This document shows positions 1 through 8,390 of a DNA stretch of 19,828 bases, piece by piece. Position numbers and translations under genes: made by a program. Each line of letters begins with the position of its first letter. The stretch's first letter is position 1. The DNA is from Candidatus Micrarchaeota archaeon. GTDB taxonomy: Archaea; B1Sed10-29; B47-G15. The notes beneath the pieces were generated by a model. That model did no database searches and was not told the DNA's origin. It was given only the letters and a program-made list of their open reading frames with translations. Location of the stretch: the NCBI GenBank assembly GCA_003660975.1, contig QMVG01000009.1:1-19828 (forward strand). The letters run 5' to 3'.

Positions 1-122
1 ACTGCACCCATTCTGTAGAGGACGTGAAGGATCTCCCCGTCCACCGTTCCCCTCTCCCTTCTGAATCTCTGGGAGCCTTCAAAGAGAGAACCGTCGTAGG
101 CATACTTCAAAGCGTAGCGCAT
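1..122 (-). CDS. truA: tRNA pseudouridine(38-40) synthase TruA, N-terminal 40 codons (continues off the left edge)
   Basis: Not in the ORF track. Manual translation from ATG at 122 gives MRYALKYAYDGSLFEGSQRFRRERGTVDGEILHVLYRMGA, matching the TruA N-terminal pattern (ALKxAYDGxxFxGxQ...TVxGEI). Confidence 0.85.
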   Translation of the reverse strand, partial: MRYALKYAYDGSLFEGSQRFRRERGTVDGEILHVLYRMGA

Positions 123-143
123 GGAGAAAGGAAGGGATGAAAG

Positions 144-157
144 TTTAATTTATTTTT
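144..157 (-). promoter_or_regulatory. Probable TATA-like promoter for a leaderless truA transcript
   Basis: Minus strand reads AAAAATAAATTAAA about 22-35 nt upstream of the truA ATG. There is no SD in between (pyrimidine-rich), consistent with an archaeal leaderless mRNA. Confidence 0.5.
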
Positions 158-168
158 GCAGGAGGAGC

Positions 169-268
169 AACCCCCCGGGGGTCTGGGGTCCCCGGGAACG
201 GGACGGAGAGGGACCCCGGGGTTATGTATGGTTTCCGGTCCAACTCATTTTCACCCCCCCGGGGGAAA
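169..268. repeat. Cluster of GC-rich palindromes and inverted repeats (four CCCGGG cores)
   Basis: CCCGGG at 174-179, 191-196, 215-220 and 258-263. GGGGTCCC (185-192) is the reverse complement of GGGACCCC (210-217). Six G-runs of 3 or more lie in 177-221. Confidence 0.7.
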
Positions 269-297
269 TGTTTTTATGGTAACAAAACAATTACATA
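261..297 (+). promoter_or_regulatory. Probable BRE/TATA promoter of the cas operon with an overlapping imperfect inverted repeat
   Basis: Purine-rich GGAAA precedes TTTTTATG (271-278). TATGGTAA (275-282) and TTACATA (291-297) form an imperfect inverted repeat. Confidence 0.45.
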
Positions 298-365
298 TAC
301 CGATGAACCCTATGGTACGCAATGGGAAAGGAATTGATAAAGTATGAGGGTGGAGGTGTATGATA

Positions 366-563
366 ATGACACAACAGGGCAAAAAGATAAGCCTAATCGG
401 ATTGGATGGTCCTATTGGAGTTGTTCCCACGAAGTTTATACCCTCCCCCGAGACCAGAAGAAACAGTTCTTCTACAATATATGCAAATATGGGCTTAACT
501 TTATCCAGAACTTTTAAGCATAAATCATCTTGGCAACATCTTGAGGTGTTAATAGATGAGTGA
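366..563 (+). CDS. Small hypothetical protein (65 aa), first gene of the cas operon
   Basis: Strong SD GGAGGTG at 352-358, 7 nt before ATG 366 (the ORF track start 360 is only 1 nt from the SD). Its stop overlaps the cas8 start by 8 nt. No family recognised. Confidence 0.6.
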   Translation: MTQQGKKISLIGLDGPIGVVPTKFIPSPETRRNSSSTIYANMGLTLSRTFKHKSSWQHLEVLIDE

Positions 564-1782
564 AAGTAAAGAATTAAGAGCCATTATTGGAAGGTTGATT
601 GATCTTGATAATGTTAACGTAGGGTTTAGAGTAGAATACAAGAATAAGATAGATAAAAAGACATATGTACTCACAGAAGACGAAAATGGTTATTTGATAG
701 AAATAAAGAAGGGAGGTAGAATTGTTAGGGTGTATCTAAACTCATCAGACGATTTAAATGAACATGAAAGTTTATCAGATGTAGATAAAAAAGTTTTCTC
801 TAAGCTATTTGAATATCTAAACAGCGGGAAGCAAGTTTCTAAAGTATCTATCAGTGGCCTTCGATTAAAGAATCCTATTTTGACAGCATCCATTGGCCAG
901 TCAGTATTGGCAAATGTTTCAAAACAGATATTACCGGAGGACAGAATAAGGTTATACAATCTTTGGAAAGAAAAGAAAGAGAAATTTGAAGAGGAGGTTC
1001 AAGATATTTTTATAGATATAATAACTTCACAGCTAAAAGATAAATTAGAGTCCACTGACCTGCCGACTCCTATATCCCCAACAAGTGTTGCTTTGAGTGA
1101 AATACCAAATTACTACATCTACGATCCTAAAGAAACATACACATTAGATATAAAAATAAAGCTTTTCAATAAATTGGCCGAATCAATTTGCGGTAGATGC
1201 GGACAACGTCTTTATGGATTGTATGTACCCGAGGAAGGAATTGAAATAAAAGAGATTCTCAAAGGTTATGTTCCAGATTTCTATAATGTAAATATAAGCA
1301 GCATCGCCGGAGTGGGAAGAATAAATTTACGCGAAATTGGACCATTCGAATACATGTTTTATCTTCTGGATAAGATTTCCCAGGAAATATTTAGAGGAAA
1401 TAAAACACCTGTCTATCATGTAGAGCTTTTTATGATAGAAGGAGTCGGGGGTGGGAAGAAATTCTTTTCCCACTACGTAATACCAAATCTTAATGAAGTA
1501 TTCTCCAAGCTGTATCATGGAAGTGACAGATACACATCCTATGGGATTTCTAAAGTTAAAGCCTTGATTTCGTCATTCCTTGTGGAAAACTGGAACGTAG
1601 ATAACAATTTAAAGAAAAATCATTCCGAAATTGCCCATGCGCATATTAATAGATTCCTATATTTTGTTTTCTGTCATAAAAGGTTAGATATGGATTCAAT
1701 TCTATTCTTGGTGGATTTGAAGATTAGATTAGGCGATACAACACCTATTAGATATTTAGAGGAGGTGATATCATGGATGTAG
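556..1782 (+). CDS. cas8: Divergent type I large subunit (Cas8-like, lacking the C-terminal Cas11 part), 408 aa
   Basis: Positional call: upstream of the cas11-like and cas7 genes. Has one CxxC (ICGRCG) and an SD GAGGTG at 543-548. No strong family motif recognised. Confidence 0.6.
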   Translation: MSESKELRAIIGRLIDLDNVNVGFRVEYKNKIDKKTYVLTEDENGYLIEIKKGGRIVRVYLNSSDDLNEHESLSDVDKKVFSKLFEYLNSGKQVSKVSISGLRLKNPILTASIGQSVLANVSKQILPEDRIRLYNLWKEKKEKFEEEVQDIFIDIITSQLKDKLESTDLPTPISPTSVALSEIPNYYIYDPKETYTLDIKIKLFNKLAESICGRCGQRLYGLYVPEEGIEIKEILKGYVPDFYNVNISSIAGVGRINLREIGPFEYMFYLLDKISQEIFRGNKTPVYHVELFMIEGVGGGKKFFSHYVIPNLNEVFSKLYHGSDRYTSYGISKVKALISSFLVENWNVDNNLKKNHSEIAHAHINRFLYFVFCHKRLDMDSILFLVDLKIRLGDTTPIRYLEEVISWM

Positions 1783-2099
1783 AAAGAATTAGAGGCTGGG
1801 CTTGGAGTGTTGCCAACAGACTAATAGAAGCTGATGGGGGAGAAACGAGAACACTAGATAGATTTATAATGGATCTAAGAGGAGCAAATTTGCCACATGA
1901 ATTTACTAATGCAATTGCAAACAACATGACCATATTTGATAGAAGCGGTGTTGAAGTGGGCGAAATTCCATTTGATCTTCAATACTTTGAGAATGTTACC
2001 GAGTTCAAACAGGCAAAAGCTATTGTTATAGCTACTCTTTACAATGCGAAGATTCAAAGCGAAAGAAGATCTCAAAAAGAAGGAGGTGAAAAAGAATGA
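1773..2099 (+). CDS. cas11: Type I small subunit (Cas11/Csa5-like, resembles the helical C-terminal domain of Cas8b), 108 aa
   Basis: Helical-looking 108 aa protein between cas8 and cas7. SD GGAGGTGA at 1761-1768, different frame from cas8, ATGA overlap with cas7. Confidence 0.6.
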   Translation: MDVERIRGWAWSVANRLIEADGGETRTLDRFIMDLRGANLPHEFTNAIANNMTIFDRSGVEVGEIPFDLQYFENVTEFKQAKAIVIATLYNAKIQSERRSQKEGGEKE

Positions 2100-3184
2100 A
2101 AAGAGTATTAATATCTATCTTGGCAAGGATAAAAGGAAATGTAAACGCAAACGGAACAGTTGCAGCACTTACAGAAATAAAAAAGTTCTTTACAACCGAT
2201 GGTGAAACAAGAGTGTACGTCTCTGGGAGATGTGTTAAATACTGCATAAAACAAAGACTAAGCGAGAAAGGATTTGAGCTTTCCCCTTTAGAAAGACCAA
2301 GAAGGGTTGTTATATCGAAGGGCAACCCAGTTCTATACATTGATGATGATTTGTTTGGATTTATGATGGCAGAAGTGCCCGGAGAGGCTGCAAGAAGAAG
2401 ATTTGCCCCAATAAAAACTGATGGAATAGTTGCATTGAAACACTGCGAAATCACAAGAGATTTCGGTGGGAGATTTGATCCCGCAGAAAAAGAAATGCCT
2501 TCGCCATTTGAAGTCGAAGTTGCAGATTTCATTGGGCAAAATAATTGGATTATAACAGAGAATATTGGTAGGTTTGAGGATAAGGAAATAACCGAGGATA
2601 TAATTAGAGATTCTTCGGTAAAACTGGAGGAAAGAGATGAGAACGGAAAGAAATTCTATTATTTGCCCACAGAGGTTGATGACGCCGATAGAAAATATGG
2701 AAGAAAGGACAGGCTAAGAGCTTTTCTAGAAGTGTTACTAAAAGAAAGATATACGTTTCCAAGGTCTGCAACTGGTTTGCATCAGCCACAGTACTACTAT
2801 GCTGTCATTCTACCAACAGAGCGACTATTGCCGCTTTTTGCACACATAGACTATGAGGTTAAAAATGGGAAAGTTATACTAAACCTTGACAAAATCGAAG
2901 ATCTGGGAAGCCTGTTGATGGATGGAGAAAAGATAACAATAGTAGATTTCGAAGATGTGTTAGATGAGGAAATAAAATTGAGAATAGAAGATTACAGAAA
3001 AAGAATTGAAGAACTTGAAAACAAGTTAAAGAGTGCAAATAGTGAGGAACTGAAGAAGAAGTTAGAGGAAGAAAAGCAAGAATTAAAGATTAGGATTAAA
3101 ACACTAGAAACCATCGAGATTGTTAATCCATACAAGATAGATAATGTGATAGATGAAATAACAGACTATCTCATAGGTGCTTAG
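2096..3184 (+). CDS. cas7: Type I backbone subunit Cas7 (Cst2/DevR family), 362 aa, with a coiled-coil-like segment near the C-terminus
   Basis: NVNAN...IKK...YVSGRCVKYCIK, GNPxxYIDDDLFGFM and RRxAPIK...AL...DFG motifs typical of DevR/Cst2 Cas7. Confidence 0.9.
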   Translation: MKRVLISILARIKGNVNANGTVAALTEIKKFFTTDGETRVYVSGRCVKYCIKQRLSEKGFELSPLERPRRVVISKGNPVLYIDDDLFGFMMAEVPGEAARRRFAPIKTDGIVALKHCEITRDFGGRFDPAEKEMPSPFEVEVADFIGQNNWIITENIGRFEDKEITEDIIRDSSVKLEERDENGKKFYYLPTEVDDADRKYGRKDRLRAFLEVLLKERYTFPRSATGLHQPQYYYAVILPTERLLPLFAHIDYEVKNGKVILNLDKIEDLGSLLMDGEKITIVDFEDVLDEEIKLRIEDYRKRIEELENKLKSANSEELKKKLEEEKQELKIRIKTLETIEIVNPYKIDNVIDEITDYLIGA

Positions 3185-3186
3185 AC

Positions 3187-4461
3187 ATGAGGATCGAAAT
3201 TAAAACTCCAGTATGGACGGGAGACATTGACCAGAAAAGTGAATTACTTAAGTCTACGGGTATTATGGGTTCCCTCAGATGGTGGACTGAAGCAATATTA
3301 AGGAGTGATAATAATAATAGATATGCCTGTGATCCAACAAGTGATGAGAGGTGCCCAAAAGAGGAAAGAAATGAAGAATACTATTGCTCTGCATGCCTGA
3401 TATTTGGGGCTACAGGAATTAGAAGAACGTTTAGGTTAAATGTGAGCGGGGGAAGAAGGGTTTTTACAGGAAGCGCCTTAAACATCAAGCCATCAGGAAG
3501 AAACAAAGGATGGTATTTGGGAAGTGGAGTAGTGGGAGAAATAAATTTGGAAATAACACCTTTAGATAAGGATTTTGATAAAAGTCTCGTCTTACTACCT
3601 CTTATCATTGCATCAAAATGGGGAGGAATTGGAGCAAAAACCCAGCATGGATACGGTGTTGTAAAAATAGAGGATTATCCAGAAATTAATTTCAACAGAT
3701 TTAAAGATGCAATTAAGAAAATCACAGCCCAGGAAAGGCTTTCTAAGCTTTCAGAGCTTTCAAAGTTAAGGATAAAATTAAGACATGGAAGTAACAACGG
3801 GCTTCCAGATCTTAGAGAAATGTTTTTTACCAAGGTTCAGTTTGAAGTGAGAGATGAAAATTGGTGGAAACAGATTGATGGGATTAAATCTGATAATAAG
3901 TCTGATGAACAAAGAAGGCACAGGGAATACGAGAATGATCAAAGGATGATTAACTGGGTAAGTTCAGGCTCAGTTCCTATTGCTCCAGCAATTAAGAACT
4001 GGCTTAGGTTTGGCAAAAAAATCACTACAAAAGAAGGAAAGAAAATACAAGTCTCGCCTTTCAGCGAAGTTTTTAACAAAAGAGTTTCTAATTGGCTATT
4101 TGGCAATTCGGAAGAAAACAACAAAACAGCCTCAAAAATCAATATCTCCTGTGCCTATCCAGTTAATGACAATCTTTGGGAATTCAGAATTTGGGGATGG
4201 ATTCCAAAAGATGGAATACCTCAAGGATTTGATAGAGGTGGTTTTTTGAATAGTTTGAAACAAACACTGAGAGGTGGATCAGTAAAAATTCCTTGGAACG
4301 AACTCTTAGGCAACCAAACAAAAAACCACAAACTCAAAGTCTGGCGAGAATTTGACTCACCGAGAGACACCGTAAAGCCAAATGCAAGAGACACCATAAA
4401 GCCAAATGAAAGCAATATTGACGATTACATTCAAAGTCTTTTGAATACTGAGGTGGAGTAA
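3187..4461 (+). CDS. cmr1: Type III RAMP Cmr1, 424 aa
   Basis: KTPVWTG, GIMGSLRWW, Cys cluster CDP...C...CSACLIFG and G-loop WGGIGAKTQHGYG. Confidence 0.9.
   Translation: MRIEIKTPVWTGDIDQKSELLKSTGIMGSLRWWTEAILRSDNNNRYACDPTSDERCPKEERNEEYYCSACLIFGATGIRRTFRLNVSGGRRVFTGSALNIKPSGRNKGWYLGSGVVGEINLEITPLDKDFDKSLVLLPLIIASKWGGIGAKTQHGYGVVKIEDYPEINFNRFKDAIKKITAQERLSKLSELSKLRIKLRHGSNNGLPDLREMFFTKVQFEVRDENWWKQIDGIKSDNKSDEQRRHREYENDQRMINWVSSGSVPIAPAIKNWLRFGKKITTKEGKKIQVSPFSEVFNKRVSNWLFGNSEENNKTASKINISCAYPVNDNLWEFRIWGWIPKDGIPQGFDRGGFLNSLKQTLRGGSVKIPWNELLGNQTKNHKLKVWREFDSPRDTVKPNARDTIKPNESNIDDYIQSLLNTEVE
4363..4410 (+). repeat. In-frame 24 bp tandem duplication in the cmr1 3' end
   Basis: AGAGACACCGTAAAGCCAAATGCA / AGAGACACCATAAAGCCAAATGAA, 22/24 identical, encoding RDTVKPNA-RDTIKPNE. 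Confidence 0.9.
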
Positions 4462-4462
4462 A

Positions 4463-5623
4463 ATGATTTATGATTTTTATGCAAGTTTCCAGATTGAAAC
4501 GGAAAATCTGGCAAAAAGTAAGAAGGAAATTGACGAACTCACAACAGGTTCAGGAAAGTATTCTGAAATAAGCGTTGTGTTAACCAGAATAATGTTGTTG
4601 ACTACTGTTTTTGCAATTGAGGGTAAGCTTCCAGACAGAAAGGATAGACCCAATAGAATTGATCCAGATGTATACGCTAAAGTTGGAGAAGGAGAATACC
4701 CTACGGGATTAAAAGCTCTCATTCATTCAAATGAGAACTATAACGATTATTTGCGATGCAAATTGTCCGAATTGAGTTTTCTGGGTATAAACTCCCCAAT
4801 AGATTTATCTTCTCTTCCTAAAGGAAGCTGGGTTCTTGAATTCCCCATAACTCTGGCAAAGCCGTTTATGTCGAAAGATGACATTCCATTTTCCATCATT
4901 GAGAATCCTGTTAGAAAAGACAGGGTTTTTGGCGTGCCCTTCATATCAGCAATGGCGTGGAAAGGAAATCTCAGATGGGTAATGATGAAAATTCTTCTTG
5001 AACCCAATGCTGATGAACCAGATGAATTTGCTCAGATTCGATTCCTGCATACTCTTTTATTTGGAACTGAGAAAGGCTGGGGAGAAACGAAAAGCTGGAC
5101 TGATTACTTAGACAATCTCTGTCCAGGTGCAAAAGAACAATATAGAAACCTTATAAAAGAGAAGTTTGGCAAAGAGAACGCGAAAGATGTGCATACGCAT
5201 GGGATGCTGCACTTCTACCCAACATTCTGGAATAAAATCGATATGATTGTCATCAATCCCCACGATAGAAAAACCAAGACGGGAAAGAATCCTATCTATT
5301 TTGAAGTTGTTCCAGCCGGCGTTAAAGGTGTTTTTAGACTTGTTTACGTTCCGTTTTACTGGTTTGGCTTGCCGGAAGGAGAACTCAAAAAGAAAGTCAT
5401 TAAAGATTTAAAAGATATTATAAGCGGACTTAAAGAAATGATGTTGACTTACGGATTCTCAGCAAAAAAGTCTTCAGGATTTGGGGTGATTGAAGATGGA
5501 TGGGATAAGGAGAAAAGCAGATTAGAAATAAGAGGATTTTACGATGTTCAAAGGTTTGGTAATTTTGATGAGCTTAAGGGAATAGTGGAAGCATGGGGGG
5601 TTAAAAGTGACCGACATGCTTGA
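4463..5623 (+). CDS. cmr6: Type III-C RAMP Cmr6, 386 aa
   Basis: ENPVRKDRVFGVPFISAMAWKGNLR, VINPH...KNPIYFEVVPAG and G-loop YGFSAKKSSGFG. Lies between cmr1 and cas10 as in III-C. Confidence 0.85.
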   Translation: MIYDFYASFQIETENLAKSKKEIDELTTGSGKYSEISVVLTRIMLLTTVFAIEGKLPDRKDRPNRIDPDVYAKVGEGEYPTGLKALIHSNENYNDYLRCKLSELSFLGINSPIDLSSLPKGSWVLEFPITLAKPFMSKDDIPFSIIENPVRKDRVFGVPFISAMAWKGNLRWVMMKILLEPNADEPDEFAQIRFLHTLLFGTEKGWGETKSWTDYLDNLCPGAKEQYRNLIKEKFGKENAKDVHTHGMLHFYPTFWNKIDMIVINPHDRKTKTGKNPIYFEVVPAGVKGVFRLVYVPFYWFGLPEGELKKKVIKDLKDIISGLKEMMLTYGFSAKKSSGFGVIEDGWDKEKSRLEIRGFYDVQRFGNFDELKGIVEAWGVKSDRHA

Positions 5624-8390
5624 TAAGCTTGAAGAGAATAGACTTTCAATTCTTCTTGCCGAGATTGGAGCATATTTGCATGACTTAGGTAAAGCAAGAA
5701 GAGAATTCATTGAGCATTATTCAAAAGATAGAAATTCTGGATGGGATACAGATAAGCATAATTTTTCCTCGGTCTTTCCAGAAGAACTTAGATCGGTTTT
5801 AAATGAAATTAAAGTATCTATTTGTGGGGAAGAGGTCAGCTTGATGGATTTCATAGAAAAACATCATCCTGAAAAAGAAACAAATGATAGAAGAAAAGAT
5901 TGCGAAATTCCTCCTCCAGTTCGTCTACTCTATGCAGGATGGAATGGATATGATGGTATGGATTCTGGTTTAGATAAGGGTAAAGTGCTAAGTAAAGATA
6001 AAGTTGGACAAAGGAGAGATTACACTTTTATTGCAACGGCTTTTGGATACGAATTTAAAAGGATTGAGTTGAGTAAAATAGAAGATCTTACAAAAGATTT
6101 GCAAGAAATTGTGATAAATGCTTTAAAGCAATTTAAAAGCGATAGCGACATTATTAAGCTCCGGGAAGTCGTAGAGAAATCCAAGGGATATTACCTTGAT
6201 TTTCTGGGAGAGACTCGCCGTCCAGCAAACGATGTAACACTTTGGGATCATTCATATTCTGTAGCAACTTTAGTTAAATGTGCCGTAGCCAAAAATATTA
6301 TTGATTGTTCCAATGCCTCTTTTGATCCTCTTGACTTTAATTGGAAGGTTTTTTCCGTCAATTTCGATATATTAGGGTTGCTGGCTAAAGGTGTAAAATT
6401 AGGTGATATATTGGGCTATTGGGAATACATCAAGAGAGTTTTCAAAAGAATTAAAGAAATTGTTGAAGTTGAATATCCTATAGGAAATGAAATTTATCGT
6501 GACACAATAGGTATTTTCTTTCTGGTCCCAGATATAGAGTTAGAAGAACTGAAGAGTCTAATATTAAAAGAATTAGAGAACATAGAACCAGAATTCATGC
6601 CTCAAATTACGATAGAAGAAATTATATATTCAGATTCTAATTACGAGTTTACTTGTGACAACCCAGAAGATTACATTCCTCGTGATATCAAACAAAACCG
6701 AAGAGATATCGAAAATCGCAAAAAAGAAGAACTAAAAAATTCTCTACCTACAGCAAGAAAGAGAGCTTGGCAAGAAATCATCTATCCCACTTCTTTTGCA
6801 AGATTTTCTTACAACAAATTTGCCAACCATAATTGGGAAAATAAAGAAATTTGCTCAATATGCCGTTTACGACCAATGAATGAAAATTCTGACGGATGTG
6901 AGCATTGTCTTGATAGAAGAAAAAGCCGTGTGCAGATGTGGAAGAAAGATCCAAAAAATACCATATGGCTTGATGAAGTCTCAGATCATAATGATAGGGT
7001 TGCCCTTATTATTGGGTGTTTTATTTTGGATAAATGGCTTGATGGCTCTCTCATAAAGACCTTAGCAATTAGAGCCAGTAATAATGTTTCTCCTGAATCA
7101 AAAAACCCATCTCCAGCTCGAATAAGAAGGTGTTGGGAAACAACTGAAAAGTTCATTCAATCTACGATTTTTGAAGAAATTTTAGAAAGTTGGCAGTGGA
7201 AGCCTGATATAAGAAGACGTCGCATTCAGTTCAAAATAGAACCAAATCCAGATGTTCCAAAAGGTGCAACATGCGATATAGATGTTGATGGTGTAAGATT
7301 TAGCCCGGTTTGCATTGACAGACAAAACGGCATTTTTTTAAGCACAATAAACCTCCAAATCTTGGAAAAGTTTGGAAAAACTGTAAAAGAAGTTGCAGAT
7401 TCTCTCAATGGAAAGGGCATAAAGATAAAATGTGAAGGCAAAATCTGGGAAAATGCTAAAATAGTTGAATCACAACCTGCTGAGAATAAATTTCAGGATT
7501 ATTTGCCATATGTAAAAATTTACGACTTTCCTGACCAATTTATGGTGCTTGTCCCCGCTCATGAAGCTCTTGATATTGCTGAAAGGATTCTGGATGAGTA
7601 TGAAATACAGTTTTCAAAGGTGAGAGACAGATTACCTTTCCACCTCGGCATAATAGCTTTTCATAGAAAAACTCCACTCTATGTAGTAATGAATGCTGGA
7701 AAGAGATTATTAGAGGCGTTTAAGAGGAAAACAAAAACTGAATTAGCAGAAGTTAGTTCAGTTAGAGAGGTTGAGGATGAAAATCTTGGAAAAGGCAGAG
7801 AATTGACCATAAAAGCGGAGTCGTATTCTTCTATCCCACTAAAATGGAGAATTTCTTACTCTACTGGGGATCCAGATCAGGAAGATTTCTGGCATTCCTA
7901 TATCAGATTTGATGGTGATGTCTCTAATAGGAATTTATGCTTTGACTATACTGGAAATGGAGATTATGTAGTTCATCTAAAAGAAATAAATGAGAATGAC
8001 AAGATAAAGATTGAACCCTCTTATTTCAGACTATCCTATTTAGAAAATGCCGTCGATAGGTTTAGAGTTGATGAGGATTTAAAATCACTTGATTATATTT
8101 ACTACCTTAAAAAGCTCTGGAAGGAAATAGAAGATAAGTTAAAGTCAAAGACTTGGTCAATTTCCCAGATTTATGCATATTGGGAGGAAGTAAGAAAAAG
8201 AAGAAAGGAATATAATGAAGACACCTTTAAAAAGTTCGTGAAAGCAGCCTTGATAAATATTTTAGAAATCAAACCACAAAATAAAGAATTTAATTTGTTT
8301 TTCCAGGCAACAATGGATAGCAGTCTCGATTTATGCTTATACTGGAACTTTCAGGTTAGAAAGGTAAAATTAAAGGAGGGAGAAAGATGA
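5607..8390 (+). CDS. cas10: Type III-C Cas10 (Cmr2/Csx11 family), 927 aa; HD nuclease residues present, GGDD absent
   Basis: YLHDLGK, EKHH, YDGMDSG, ETRRPANDVTLWDHS, Zn finger CSICRLRP...CEHC and SPARIRR. The Palm2 position reads YDFPDQFMVL. Alternative start ATG 5616. Confidence 0.92.
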   Translation: MTDMLDKLEENRLSILLAEIGAYLHDLGKARREFIEHYSKDRNSGWDTDKHNFSSVFPEELRSVLNEIKVSICGEEVSLMDFIEKHHPEKETNDRRKDCEIPPPVRLLYAGWNGYDGMDSGLDKGKVLSKDKVGQRRDYTFIATAFGYEFKRIELSKIEDLTKDLQEIVINALKQFKSDSDIIKLREVVEKSKGYYLDFLGETRRPANDVTLWDHSYSVATLVKCAVAKNIIDCSNASFDPLDFNWKVFSVNFDILGLLAKGVKLGDILGYWEYIKRVFKRIKEIVEVEYPIGNEIYRDTIGIFFLVPDIELEELKSLILKELENIEPEFMPQITIEEIIYSDSNYEFTCDNPEDYIPRDIKQNRRDIENRKKEELKNSLPTARKRAWQEIIYPTSFARFSYNKFANHNWENKEICSICRLRPMNENSDGCEHCLDRRKSRVQMWKKDPKNTIWLDEVSDHNDRVALIIGCFILDKWLDGSLIKTLAIRASNNVSPESKNPSPARIRRCWETTEKFIQSTIFEEILESWQWKPDIRRRRIQFKIEPNPDVPKGATCDIDVDGVRFSPVCIDRQNGIFLSTINLQILEKFGKTVKEVADSLNGKGIKIKCEGKIWENAKIVESQPAENKFQDYLPYVKIYDFPDQFMVLVPAHEALDIAERILDEYEIQFSKVRDRLPFHLGIIAFHRKTPLYVVMNAGKRLLEAFKRKTKTELAEVSSVREVEDENLGKGRELTIKAESYSSIPLKWRISYSTGDPDQEDFWHSYIRFDGDVSNRNLCFDYTGNGDYVVHLKEINENDKIKIEPSYFRLSYLENAVDRFRVDEDLKSLDYIYYLKKLWKEIEDKLKSKTWSISQIYAYWEEVRKRRKEYNEDTFKKFVKAALINILEIKPQNKEFNLFFQATMDSSLDLCLYWNFQVRKVKLKEGER

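Noticed and set aside
156-347. 63 aa Pro/Gly-rich ORF
   Set aside because: TTG start with no SD. It runs across the GC palindromes and the likely promoter, and its composition reflects the G/C runs.
5643-5650. CTTTCAAT repeat-handle match inside cas10
   Set aside because: An 8-mer match is unremarkable in 14 kb of AT-rich DNA, and it does not extend.
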